Shown piece by piece: positions 52,051 to 64,000 of a DNA stretch of 64,000 bases; the stretch's first letter is position 1, and every line of letters starts with the position of its first letter. The position numbers and the translations under genes are program-made. The notes under the pieces are model-generated. The model was not told the DNA's origin, did no database searches, and saw only the letters and a list, made by a program, of their open reading frames with translations. Origin of the DNA: Okamejei kenojei (taxonomy: Eukaryota); the NCBI GenBank assembly GCA_035221665.1, contig CM069143.1, positions 10,230,001 to 10,294,000 of the forward strand. The letters are read 5' to 3'.

Positions 52051-55000
52051 TGGCCTTTCTTCCTTGATAGTTACGTCTTTTTGCTAATTAAGCTCTTGGC
52101 AGAAACAAATTCTCCAATCAATTCCAGCAACCTGACAGTAGAATGTTCTTAACCTCAGACAAAGCAGAGGTAGATTTACAGCACAAAAGCAATTACTTGA
52201 CTTTGCTTGAGGTATCACTTCTTTGCCACAACCTTTCATATTAAAGTCACATCCTGGTAATTGAGGTAAATTCTGTAAGTTACATTGTGATTACCCATGT
52301 ATGATTTTGTTCTAACACATGGTAGGCACATGTTCATCATAAAACTTATAAGACTCAGGCATGGAATAATTATTGTAGGCAGGCATGACCTGAGGACTAG
52401 GTATGAAATTGAACTGAATGCTATTGCACCTAGCTGATTTATAGGCCCTGCTGAGGCTGTGAGCATTGGTGTGGTGGCACTTTGTGTATACGTAAAGGAT
52501 GTGTTTTGATGTAAATTGTGCAGGTACTGTTAAGAGATCCTGGTATCTAAAATCCATCTAGCAAGGGTTAAAATCTATATGTGATATATTTGATGCATAT
52601 CCCCTTGGGGAAAAGGTGCAAGGTAGCATCTTCTTTCCAGGTGTTGTGAAAGAACAAAAAAGACTACAAATGATGATTCTATTTTTATATGTTGCTAGTT
52701 ATTTCCAAAGATGCTACTGGCCCCAAGGTCATATTCTTTGTGGAATATATTTACTTATTGGAAGGTGTATGGGTGGATGTGCTCCACATTATAAAAAAAT
52801 TATGTTAGGCAGCCGAGAAACAAAGTATGTTTTCTTGGTCTCTCTACTTTTCCTGTAAAGTGTGTCCATTGGAAATGAGAACACAGGCTGTCGCTTGGTG
52901 CTGATAAGTTCTCAGGCAAATCTGAAGTTGTCAGGTTTGCTATTTCACGATATGGAAGTTAAAAAAAAATATTTTATTGCCAAGTTTCTATTTTGCTTTG
53001 GAAAATAACGAAAATTCTCAGGCCCTGATTTAGCATCACACATCCTGGACTTCACTCCCTTCTATGGGAAAAATTAACATTTACAGGAATCTGAGCAATG
53101 CAGGGAACTTTATCAGAGTTCAAGAGATGCGGCAATTTTTGCACAGTGTTCATCGGATGTAACTTTAATCACTTAAATTAACTTGTCACAGGCAGGATGA
53201 AAGAGACCATGGAGACAATAGTCAAAAAAATCTCTCAACAATTAGCCACAAAATTGTAAGCATCCATTTTGCAATTTTTCCCACTCTTTGCATTTGGGGT
53301 TCTCATAATTATTTATTCTTGCTAACAAATACACTTATTGTTTAATTCTAAAAAAATGCTCTCAGATAAACTTGCAAGCTTATAGGGAGAGGCCAGCAGG
53401 GGGTAGACTACACAGAATGTGGCAATAAGAGCTTATAAATATTTACATTTGTTATGAGAAAAGTGAGCAATACGGAAAGTTTCACCACCCATTCAGTTCT
53501 GGGACCTTTTATAATTGCTGCTATAGAATCTGCAATATATAGGTACAGAATGTTCTAAAGCTGTGTGTCACAAACCCCATTAACTTTTAATGGATATTAG
53601 ATAGTAGAAAAAATGTGGAGTATGAATACAAAAATCTTAATTTGAATTATGGATATCATTGTCTAATAATAGCTAACACTGCTTTAGAGGAATATTCAAA
53701 AGGGGAAAGAGCATTATCATTTTTAGTCTTTATATCATCATTATATAAAGATAGCAGAATCTGACTGGGAAATACTGTGATTTAGTTGAATGGCTAATCT
53801 ATACAACATAGAAGTACTTACAAGTATGTTAAACATGAGTGGAAGTGGTCATTGTTTGTGAGCAAGTCTTGGTCTGGATATTGAAATTCCCTGAATTGTA
53901 ATAAAGCATTTGCACATTCAAACTGTTCCTTTCAGATTCCCATAGCAACCCTGTTAGTGTCTATAGTGGGATATAGAGGGCATAACACTAGCAGAGATGA
54001 ATTACATACAGGGCTCTTTCATGAGCGTGAAATGGCCTTTTGTCACTCATGAGCCAAGAGGTCTTTCCCAACAGTTAGCTTGCATTTCAAAGTCCATTTC
54101 AAATGCAGTCTAATTCTCTGAATGCAAAATGGAAGATTGAACAATATAGGTAAATTTGACTATTGTATGCAAAATCAAGTCTGGGGACTTTGGTTTAAGG
54201 CAACAAAATGTGCAATTGGGTGCTGAGTTTTTAAATGCTGCGTTATCACATGATATGTGCAACAGCAGTTGGTGTAGTAGTTCCAAATGTTTAATACAAT
54301 GGTTCAGCCGTCATTTGGGTTTTTAACCTATTTTGAATAAATTTGGGGAAACTGAGACCTTCAAATTACATTTTCATTTGCATCAACTCATCTGTAAACA
54401 CTATTCAGTACATACACAACCTAGGGCACTATTGTATTCAAATGGCTGGAGAAAATAAGATGGGACACTTATTAAATAACTTAATCATGATTTTTTTTAT
54501 TAATCTGCAAACTTGTCTTTTTAAATCAATGCTTCATTATGCTTATGGTTCACAGCACCCTTAGTTTTCTGGAGCAAGAATGACAGATTATGTGTATTTT
54601 ACGGTCTCCCTCTAATTCTTGTAGAATTTATTCTGTAATTTCCGCCTAGTTACGATGTAAATGATAAAAACAGTAAGAACAGGAGTACAAGCAAAAGTAG
54701 GCTACACAGCCCTTTAGCCCTGCTCTGCCATTCGAAAAGATTAAGGCAGTGCCTGTGCCTTGTGTCTCATCACCATATTCCTGATTCAGCATTCAAAAAT
54801 CTTTCAGTCTCAGCTTTGAATATTCTCAATGACTGGGTATCCACATTCCCACAATGTCAAAGACATACACCTTCTGCATAAACATATTAATCTTCACCTC
54901 AGTCCTAAATATACAACACTATCTTCGGTTTAAACCAGCATCTGCAGTTCCTTCCTACATTCTTTATTCTGAGATTTTGTTCCCATGTTCCCTGTGAGAC

Positions 55001-56212
55001 TATTTTTCACTACCAGAGTAGTTTTGGGGATAAAACCAAGTCATTGCAGGTAATATTACTTTCAGAGCCACTTTGTAGAAATCATGTTCTGTATTATTTC
55101 TACGTCTTTACCCCATGGACACACATCCACACAACCCTCTCTGTTAGTGCACAATCATAGAAGATCTAGGAGTGTGATGCAGACGTGAAAGAACGGATTG
55201 AAGTCTGGTGACATACAATCATGACAGAACAGCAAATTGAAACTTACATCTGAATGCACACAAAAAAATGTGCACAGCTCATATCACCTTTCCACACCCA
55301 CAGATGAGCATTGAAGAGAAGATGTAACCAGACAGCTACTAGCCCAAATTTAATCGTATTGGACAGGGATGCCACTATAAAGGCCATGAATGCCCTTGTG
55401 ATTGCTTTCCCCTGCCTTCTGGGCTTTTCCTAGGGGGAGTAAAAATCAACCAGAGATTTTTCCTCTTCACAACATGCTAATTAACACAATGCTCAATGAT
55501 TTTATTAAATAGGTTTTTTTTTAAATCTGCAATTTGATTCTTCAGTGGTTGGATACAGCAACCATGGGAAACAGTCATTCAAGTGTGCCAAAGTGCACTT
55601 CTGCAAATGGAGAAATGTACAATAAAATACCATAGGAGACTGAAAAATAGGCAATCGTCCTGTTTCAGAAACAATAGCTAAAGAATCCTAGAAAACCTAT
55701 TAAAGACCCTGAACTATTTCACCATAATGAAGGCCACCAATTATGTAGCAGTATTCAAGTTTGTCAGATATCCACAATTTCAATGTATAAATCATCATAA
55801 CCATCATGACCAGTGAGCTGCAGGACTCTCCATTAACGATTAGGTTGAATTTGAAAATTAGATTGAATACAACAACTGTAAGCAACATAAAGAGATAATG
55901 CTTTATTTTCATAAATCATTCATTGTTCTTTGATTAGAATGATATGATCAATTTGTTTTTGGTATATTGGTATGTCTCATCTGTCAATTCTAAATGATAT
56001 GTTGTGAAATGTAACAAGAAGGCTGACAATAAACCAGAATACCGAACTCGCTTATTGAAATGGTGGAACAGGCCAATTTCCGTTTGTGCTCTATACTATA
56101 TGTAAGTTAAATCATGTGTGTTTTTAATAGTCACATTTATGATATATTTTAATATAAAAAGGATAATATGAAGCATACCATTTTCTCTTGTTCATGCCGA
56201 CCTTTTCGGGAC

Positions 56213-57190
56213 TAAGGTGGCAGAACACAGAGTGGCAATCAAGGGGGCTTTTTCTGGTTGGCTGCCAGGGGCTTGTGGAGTTCCGCAGGGGTCAGTACTG
56301 GGGCCGCCACTCTTCACCTTGTATATTCATGATTTGGATGAGGGGATTGAAGACTTTGTGCCAAAGTTTGCGGATGATACGAAAATAGGTGGAGGTGTAG
56401 GTAGTGCAGAGAAAGCAGGGACTCTGCAGAAGGACAGGTTGGGAGAGTGGGCAAAGAAGTGGCAGATGGAATATAGTGTAGCAAAGTGTGGAGTCATGCA
56501 TTTTGGTAGGAGGAATAAAACTATTTTCCAAAAAGTTAATCAGCAAGTTGAATCAGTAGTAAAGAAAGCAATCTCAATGCTAGCATTTTTTCAAGAGGTC
56601 TTATATGCAAAAATGGGGATATAATGTTGAGGCTCTATAGGGCCACATTTAGAATATTGTGAGCAATTTTGGGCTCCATATCTGAGGAAGGAATGTACTG
56701 AGTCTGGAGAGGGTCCAGAGGAGGTTTATAAGAATTATCCCAGGAGTGAGTAGGTTAACCTATGATGAGCATTTGTCGGCACTGTGCCAGTGCTCACTGG
56801 AGTTTAGGATGGGGGGGGGGGGGGGGGGGGGGGACCTCATTGAAACATACAAAATAGTGAAAAGCTTGGATAGAGTGGATGTGGAGAGGATGTTTCCACT
56901 AGTGGAAGAGTCTAGGGCCAGAGGTCATAGCCTCAGAATTAAAAGACTTTCTTTTAGGAAGGAGATGAGGACAAATTTCTTTAAACAGAGGGTGGTGAGT
57001 CTGTGGAATTGTTTGAAACAGACCAAGTCAGTCATTTTTAAGGCAGAGATTCTTGATTAGTACAGGTGGAAAAGGTTACGGGGAGAAGGCAGGAGAATGG
57101 GGTTAGGAGGGAGAGATAGATCAGCCATGATTGAATGGCGGAGTAGACCTGATGGGCCAAATGGACTAATTCTACTCCTATCCCTTACGA
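56213..57190 (+). mobile_element. CR1 LINE fragment, frameshifted
   Basis: GVPQGSVLGPPLFTLYIHDLDEG...KFADDTKIGG RT motifs, ORF2 C-terminus and 3' hairpin region. Confidence 0.9.
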
Positions 57191-57589
57191 CATTAAGATG
57201 TACTTGTGCATGTCTCCCAACAGAGGCAAAAGGACTGCAACAATACTTTGTAAAATAATGATACTCTGAGGCTCTGTGCCAGATAAAAATCAGAAAAAGT
57301 GATGATGCAAGGATGGTCGGACATGTTACCAACATAAGTGAGCAGTTTTTTAACGGAATATTGTCACACAGGGGAAAACTCAAAAGGGGTAAAAGCAAGG
57401 TGGGTCCTTCTCCTGATGTATAACTGGTATTACGTGGCATTTCATTTGGGATTTCATATTTTGGTTGTTGTCTTTAGATTTTCAGATACTGCTTAAAGGA
57501 AATCAAGGTTAGCGATTGCTGCTAATGAAATAGTTGAAACAGGGTTGAATTTCCGTGGGGGAGATTTCCCAATTTTCTGCTTGATTATG

Positions 57590-57825
57590 CTTGTCGAGGC
57601 AGCCTGAGGTATAAATGGAGTCAGTGGAAGGGAGTTTGGTTTTTCTGATGGTGATGGTCTGGGCTGTGTCCACAATTCTTTGCAATTTTTTGCGGTTGTA
57701 GCTGAAGCTGTTCCAAACAATGCTGTGATAAATGCTTTCTATGGCACATCTATAGAAGTTGTTGAGAGTTGTTGGGGACATGCTGAATTTCCTAAGCCTT
57801 CTAAAGAAGTAGAGTAGCCATCGTT
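57590..57825 (-). mobile_element. Rex1/Babar-like LINE fragment
   Basis: ORF 57509..57781 gives TLNNFYRCAIESI...RKKLQRIVDTAQTIT...LPSTDSIYTSGCL. Confidence 0.75.
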
Positions 57826-60800
57826 TTGATTATGTTAAAATCAAATTTATATCAGTTCAATATTGATGCAAAATTTGCAATATATATAAATATTGAAAAG
57901 CTTTCAAGTGCAAAGATGTTGCTATTTCTGTACCCATTTACAATCCTCAAATCTTTCTTAAATCAGCCAGAAACTTTGCAACGTAGATCATGGTCTTCGT
58001 ACCCTCGGGGTGCTGCGATCTATACCACATGTACTCCATAAATCTGTCTGACTTGAAACCAATTTTTGGAGCAAATAGCACAACTACCTGGAAGAAATAA
58101 CGTTGAGTTATATGAATCACAATTAATGTGAAGTCTGCAGAAACATTCAAATGTTATGTCCAACAAAAGTCCTCTGGCAGGCTGCTAAACTCCATTTCCT
58201 TTTGCCAAGGAAAAAAATGGCTTTTTAGTCAGATGCACAATGGTAATTAAATCTCACTGGCATTTCGAGACCTTTATTCTGCAACCCTGCCCATTGTGTC
58301 TGTTGCCAGCTCCATAGCATATTTCACTTTTGCTTTACGCCCAAAAAGCAGCGCAGCTCAGCTTACAGTATGTGGGTGGTGTTGTTGTGTCTACTTGGAA
58401 TACTCATGCTTAGCCTTGTGGAGATAAACAGAAAACTGTTTATCTGTTCCATGTCATGTTCCAATTATATCTTATTGCATTTCAATACATTTATGATTTC
58501 CATGCGAATGAATATTGTGTATTTTAATGCAGGATCAAATTTAATTCCTGATGTCACAACTTTGGCATTTTTATAGACAATCAAACCTGGATTGAATGTA
58601 ATATCATGATATGAATAAATCTGACAGTGTTCCAAAATTCCTACGATCTCCGTGGGAGACCAAATTCATATAATAGTATGAAATATGGAACACGTGAAGA
58701 GTCCAAAGAGTGCAATGTTCGGTATCTCCATGAGGAGTAAGCATTAAATCAGGCTCTTAGTTTCTGTAATGGAGGTAAAAGTGAGAATATAATGGGGACA
58801 AGGAGTTGAGCAAAAGAAAAAAAAAAGATATATGTTAAAGAAGAAAATCAATGTGGGGAAAGCATTCCTCACGTACACACTTGTGGTAGAACAGAGAATC
58901 AAGAACAAGCTGGAAGGAGAAAAGGAATAATATATTGTATTGTGGCATTGCATTGGACACCGAATGTAATGGATTGCGCTATGAGGCAAAGCATCTTCCT
59001 GCAGTCAGAGCACAGCTCCCTACATCGTGGAGTCATGGAGATCCCTCAAGTTAAACAGAATATCAGGGATGTAAGGGTGGTAAAATTTATGATGTGGACT
59101 CCACCAGCTTGGATGACAAAATATAACATTGGTAACTGCCCTGGGAAATTAAATGTGCCACATAAACTAAGCAGAAAAAGTGTGAGAAATGCGATTTCCA
59201 TCTATTTGGCAAGATAACACTCTTGGTGACATAGTTCTTGAAGAATTTGAACTCTAGTAATATAAAAAATATATATATTTAGATTCATATCGTATCTGTT
59301 CCAATTCCAAAGTAGCATCTAAAATATAGATGTAATTGCATCCTATTTGGACATGTGCAAATGTCTGCAAGTAACATTGGGTTGGAGTAAGCATTAGTAA
59401 GCATTGTATATGGGTCGGGAGGGCAGCAAGGTGGGAAGGTTAGGGCATGACCCATGGCAGCATCTGCTACGACAATCAGTTCATTAATTAACAAAGCATT
59501 GCCAGTGGTGAGAGAGCAACAGCCTAGTCTGTGCTGCGCTGCTGGCTGTAGATGAATACCCAACAAGGGAAAGGTGGGGACAAAAATAAATAAACAAGTG
59601 TTTCCCCCAAACAAGAGTTAAGAAAAAAAAAGGCTGAGATTTAATGACATTTCAGGGACCTCCAGCGAAAAAGTGCTTAATCTGATGTGATGGGCCTGGA
59701 AGAATTATCGTGCATGGGAAAAAACAAAGTCATTTCAAATTATCAGTCCCACACTTTAATTCTGCTGAGTGATGCAGGATCTGTGTACAAGCTCGGTGGC
59801 AGCTTTTTTTTTAGGCTGTATATAACAGTACTGACAGTGGCTGACCACAGAATGTTTTCCCCTTAACGGCCTCCTACTATTTATCCATTATACCAGTGAA
59901 ATCTAATTATTCCTCTTTACTCTGTGTCAAACTTCAGAATTCTGCTGGGCTGGCACTGACGACTGATTTCATTAATTTTGATTACCTTTGTTGGGACTGA
60001 CTCCATTTCACAAACGGAGCTAAAAGCTGTTTCAAAATCCCCAGCCACACATTATATCAACACAGTTTCCTAAATTAATTTGTACACGGAGTAGCAAATA
60101 AAAAGTGCTGACCATTATTTTATTGACTAAGTACAGATGCTGAAAGAATGGTGTTCAGCTGATTGAAGCTCTTAACGTTATTTGTACTCAAGCGTCAATA
60201 GGTTATATTTTCAGCCAACTGTGTAGCAAAGGAAGTCAGACCTGCCTCCGTGCCAAAATAAGCAGTTTCTAGTCCCAAATAAGGATAGGTGAATGAATTT
60301 GTACCAACCTATGACAATATTTTCCCAGATATAAAACATTGCCTAAGTGAAAAAAGAAATTGTCCTTGTGATTAATCTTAAGGAATAGCATTTCTACTGC
60401 AGGCATATTTAATTCCCACTCTTCTTGAAACCTTCCTAATTCTTATGTCTAATTTCAAAAGTAAGGCTAATCTCTACCATGTCACCAGCCATTATTTAGA
60501 TTTGAGCCTTTACTCCATGACTGTCAGCATATATTAGACTATGGGAACATTACTTTCAAGTGTGACTTTGTTCCCCACAGTGCCATTAGATACAAAAGTT
60601 GCTGATTATAATGTTCAGGAACAAGAATCTTGGCAAGTTTTTTTTCTCCCTAATCTTCCAAACCTATTTATATTTCTTCAGTTATTGTCCCAATATTAGC
60701 AATGACTGCAAATCCAAGCCACTTTGAACTGCATCACACAACCTTTCACTGGATAAACTGGGGACCTATAGGCATGTAAATTTCAGAATAATGGTCATAC

Positions 60801-60829
60801 AAATCATTACACGAGGAACAGCAGATGTA

Positions 60830-61080
60830 TTTTTCGCTCTCAATCCCATCCTCCTGCCTTCTCCCTGTAACCTTTGATGCCCTTATTAATCAATCTCTGC
60901 TGCAAAAATACCCAATGACGGCCATCTGCAGCACTGAATTCTACAGATTCACCACCCACCCTCTGGCTAAAGAAATTCCTCCTGATCTCCATTCTGAAAG
61001 TATGTTCTTTTACTTTGAGGCTGTGCCCTCTGGTTTTAGACTCTCCCATTACATCCTTTGCATGCTCACTCCATCTAGAT
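60830..61080 (-). mobile_element. CR1 fragment
   Basis: ORF 60840..61049 gives GESKTRGHSLKV...FRMEIRRNFFSQRV. Confidence 0.75.
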
Positions 61081-61732
61081 TTGAATTCTTATATATTACA
61101 TGCTAGAATAATGTGAACACTATGATGAACATAGTGTTTGTATAGCACTGGATTATAGCAATTCCATACTCTAAATTTTATGTGCACCTCAAAGGAATCT
61201 TGGTGTTTCACATGCAGGGCTTCAAAGTCATATTTTTAGCTGATCAATCACAATCTTCTATGTCACTCAGCAAATATATAACTATCATCAATATGGCAAA
61301 TGGTGAGTCATGGTGCACATAGGCTCATTACGCATACAATCATCACCACCAATGCTGCAAGAACCAGTGCCACTGAGTAAAATTTCATGGCCTGATGTTC
61401 TTGAATTAAAATCAAAAATAGTAGAAATATACAAAATGCCACGTTGCGCCTGTGGAGCAAACATTTTCCATTGATCTGTTCTTGTTAGAGCTGAAAGTTA
61501 AAGATTTAATCATTTGCACACAAACATAGTGACAGGAAAGAAAATAGGAAACCCTAAAATTGAAGCTTCATGATGTAATGAAGAGATTAAAAGGCAAAAA
61601 GAAACTGGTGCAAAAAACAAGTGGCTAAGGAGGGGTAAAAAAGGAATGGGAAATGAAAACAGCAGAGTAAATTCCAGCATTGACGTGGTCAAAATTACAT
61701 GTTAGGTGTAGTTATTTCCATTTTTCTAATTT

Positions 61733-62758
61733 CATGTGGGGTACCGCAAGGCTCAGTGCTGGGACCACAGCTATTTACAATATATATTAATGATCTGGAT
61801 GAGGGAATTGAATGCAACATCTCCAAGTTTGCAGATGACACGAAGCTGGGGGGCAGTGTTAGCTGTGAGGAGGATGCTAGGAGGCTGCAAGGTGACTTGG
61901 ATAGGTTAGGTGAGTGGGCAAATGCATGGCAGATGCAGTATAATGTGGATAAATGTGAGGTTATCCACTTTGGTGGCAAAAACAGGAAAGTAGACTATTA
62001 TCTGAATGGTGGCCGATTAGGAAAAGGGGAGATGCAACGAGACCTGGGTGTCATGATACACCAGTCATTGAAAGTAGGCATGCAGGTGCAGCAGGCAGTG
62101 AAGAAAGCAAATGGTATGTTGGCATTCATAGCAAAAGGATTTGAGTACAATAGCAGGGAGGTTCTACTGCAGTTGTACAGGGTCTTGGTGAGGCCATACC
62201 TGGAGTATTGCGTACAGTTTTGGTCTCCTAATCTGAGGAAAGACATTCTTGCCATAGAGGGAGTACAGGGAAGGTTCACCAGACTGATTCCTGGGATGGC
62301 AGGTCTTGCATATGATGAAAGACTGGATAGACTCGGCTTGTACTCGCTGGAATTTAGAAGATTGAGGGGGGATCTAATAGAGACTTACAAAATTCTTAAG
62401 GGGTTGGACAGGCTAGATGCAGGAAGATTGTTCCCGATGTTGGGGAAGTCCAGAAGAAGGGGTCACAGTTTAAGGATAAGAGGGAAGTCTTTTAGGACCG
62501 AGATGAGAAAATCATTTTTCACACAGAGTGGTGAATCTGTGGAATTCTCTGCCACAGAATGTCGTTGAGGCCAGTTCATTGGCTATATTTAAGAGTTAGA
62601 TGTGGCCCTTGTGGCTAAAGGGATCAGGGGGTTGGAGAGAAGGCAGGTACAGGATACTGAGTTGGAGGATCAGCCATGATCATATTGAATGGCAGTGCAG
62701 GCTCGAAGGGCTGAATGGCCTACTCCTGCACCTATTTTCTATGTTTCTATGTTTCTAT
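61733..62758 (+). mobile_element. Young 5'-truncated CR1 LINE with about 270 uninterrupted ORF2 codons
   Basis: ORF 61699..62568 gives GVPQGSVLGPQLFTIYINDLDEG..KFADDTKLGG..; (ctatgttt)n tail. Confidence 0.95.
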
Positions 62759-62771
62759 ATTTCCTCACAAC

Positions 62772-63100
62772 ATCATGTTCCCGATGTTGGGGGAGTCCAT
62801 AACCAGGGGCCACAGTTTAAGAATAAGGAGTAAGCCATTTAGAATGGAGACAGGGAAACACATTTTCTCACAGAGAGTGGTGAGTCTGTGGAATTCTCTG
62901 CTTCAGAGGGTGGTGGAGGCAGGTTCTCTGGATGCTTTCAAGAGAGAGCTAGGTAGGGCTCTTAAAAATAGCGGAGTCAGAGGATATGGGGAGAAGGCAG
63001 GAATGGGGTATTGATTGGAGATGATCAGCCATGATCACATTGAATGGCGGTGCTGGCTTGAAGGGCCAAATGGCCTACTCCTGCACCTATTGTCTATTGT
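62772..63100 (+). mobile_element. CR1 3' end, (CTATTGT)n-tail subfamily
   Basis: catgttcccgatgttgggggagtcc...cctattgtctattgtc, immediately after the previous CR1. Confidence 0.9.
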
Positions 63101-64000
63101 CATTGAGGGATTCCATTTTTGGTCCATCAGAATCCCATTCCAAAGTAATTTTCCCTGTATTATTTATTCATCATGCTTCCACCAACTCCCCTCCAGATTC
63201 TTCCACTCACCTAGATATTTGTTGGTGCCCACTTAACGGACCAACCTGCCTTGCTTTGGGATGTCGGAAACAACTGGAGCATCCAGTAGAAACTCACATG
63301 GTGTGTAAACTCTACACAGGCAGCACAGAGTTTGGAATTGTTCCCATCTAGCACCCGTTGAGTTGCCTATCTCCTTCGCTCCATAGATGCTGCTGCACCC
63401 GCTGAGTTTCTCCAGCACTTTGTGTAGGCCATTGTGTCATCCTTTATCTAAAAATGTGGAAGTGGATCCAGAGATAGGAAGGTTGTAAAATGTCTCTTTT
63501 AAAAATATTGTTTTCAACTGAGTTTCACTGGAATATTGTCAGAGGTCAGTGTAAGGGTGGGCCACATAATTAAATTAGCAAGGGAAGAGTTTAGGGTCAT
63601 TCTGGTGTGCAGGGCAGAAATATTCAGAAAAATTATGCCTCATCAGTACTTGGGTTCTCAAGCATTTAGGAGACTGTGCTATGAGTAGCAAATGTAGTAT
63701 TTTCAATGTGAATAGGTAGGTACAAGTAAATCTGTAAAGAGCATTTGGTCCATGTACAATGGGGAATGGAGATGCTAGGGATGTTGAAAAGCTGGTGCGG
63801 AGGGTTTCGTGGAAAGAGAATCGGCCCCTGAGTGTGACACCACAGAAGGAATAGATCCTTTAGAGTTCTGAAGGAGATGGGGAAGATGCATTCAGTCATA
63901 GAATTGTGCTGGGAATGTGAGGAAACTATCCATTAGAGGCAGGTGGGGGTTATAGATGAGGAAAAAGAGGTAAAGGTAAAAATGCAGGACATGGCATACA

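Noticed and set aside
56811-56833. Long poly-G run (also poly-C near 1200-1247 and 5656-5679) as functional G-quadruplexes
   Set aside because: All lie inside transposon copies as homopolymer expansions, and their length is error-prone in assemblies.
61699-62568. 289-aa ORF as a host gene
   Set aside because: It is the C-terminal part of CR1 ORF2 in a 5'-truncated copy; the start codon comes from flanking DNA.

Overview
This is eukaryotic, AT-rich, repeat-dense vertebrate DNA. The repeat set (CR1 LINEs, HE1-type V-SINEs, Rex1/Babar-like LINEs, Penelope-like elements) points to a cartilaginous fish, probably a skate or ray (inference). The window lies inside the 3' part of a Dachshund-family gene on the + strand. 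Four GT-AG exons (37031-37176, 40597-40744, 47445-47588, 49063-49131) splice in frame to give the DACHbox-C/DD2 coiled-coil region, with residues that favour DACH2 over DACH1. The terminal coding exon could not be assigned securely. Most ORFs in the supplied track are transposon fragments or chance ORFs. The most notable non-genic items are: (i) a 400-bp RTE-type non-autonomous element with an 11-bp target-site duplication (TSD) whose 5' end coincides with a predicted nested-pseudoknot, HDV-ribozyme-like fold; (ii) a composite non-autonomous Helitron with two 5' ends, internal minisatellites and a GC-box/TATA/ETS/Inr promoter-like cassette; (iii) many short Penelope-derived units carrying minimal hammerhead-ribozyme motifs; (iv) two PIF/Harbinger MITEs sharing an internal palindrome. 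All alignments were made by eye and family assignments rest on recalled consensus sequences. Repeat boundaries without TSDs are approximate.
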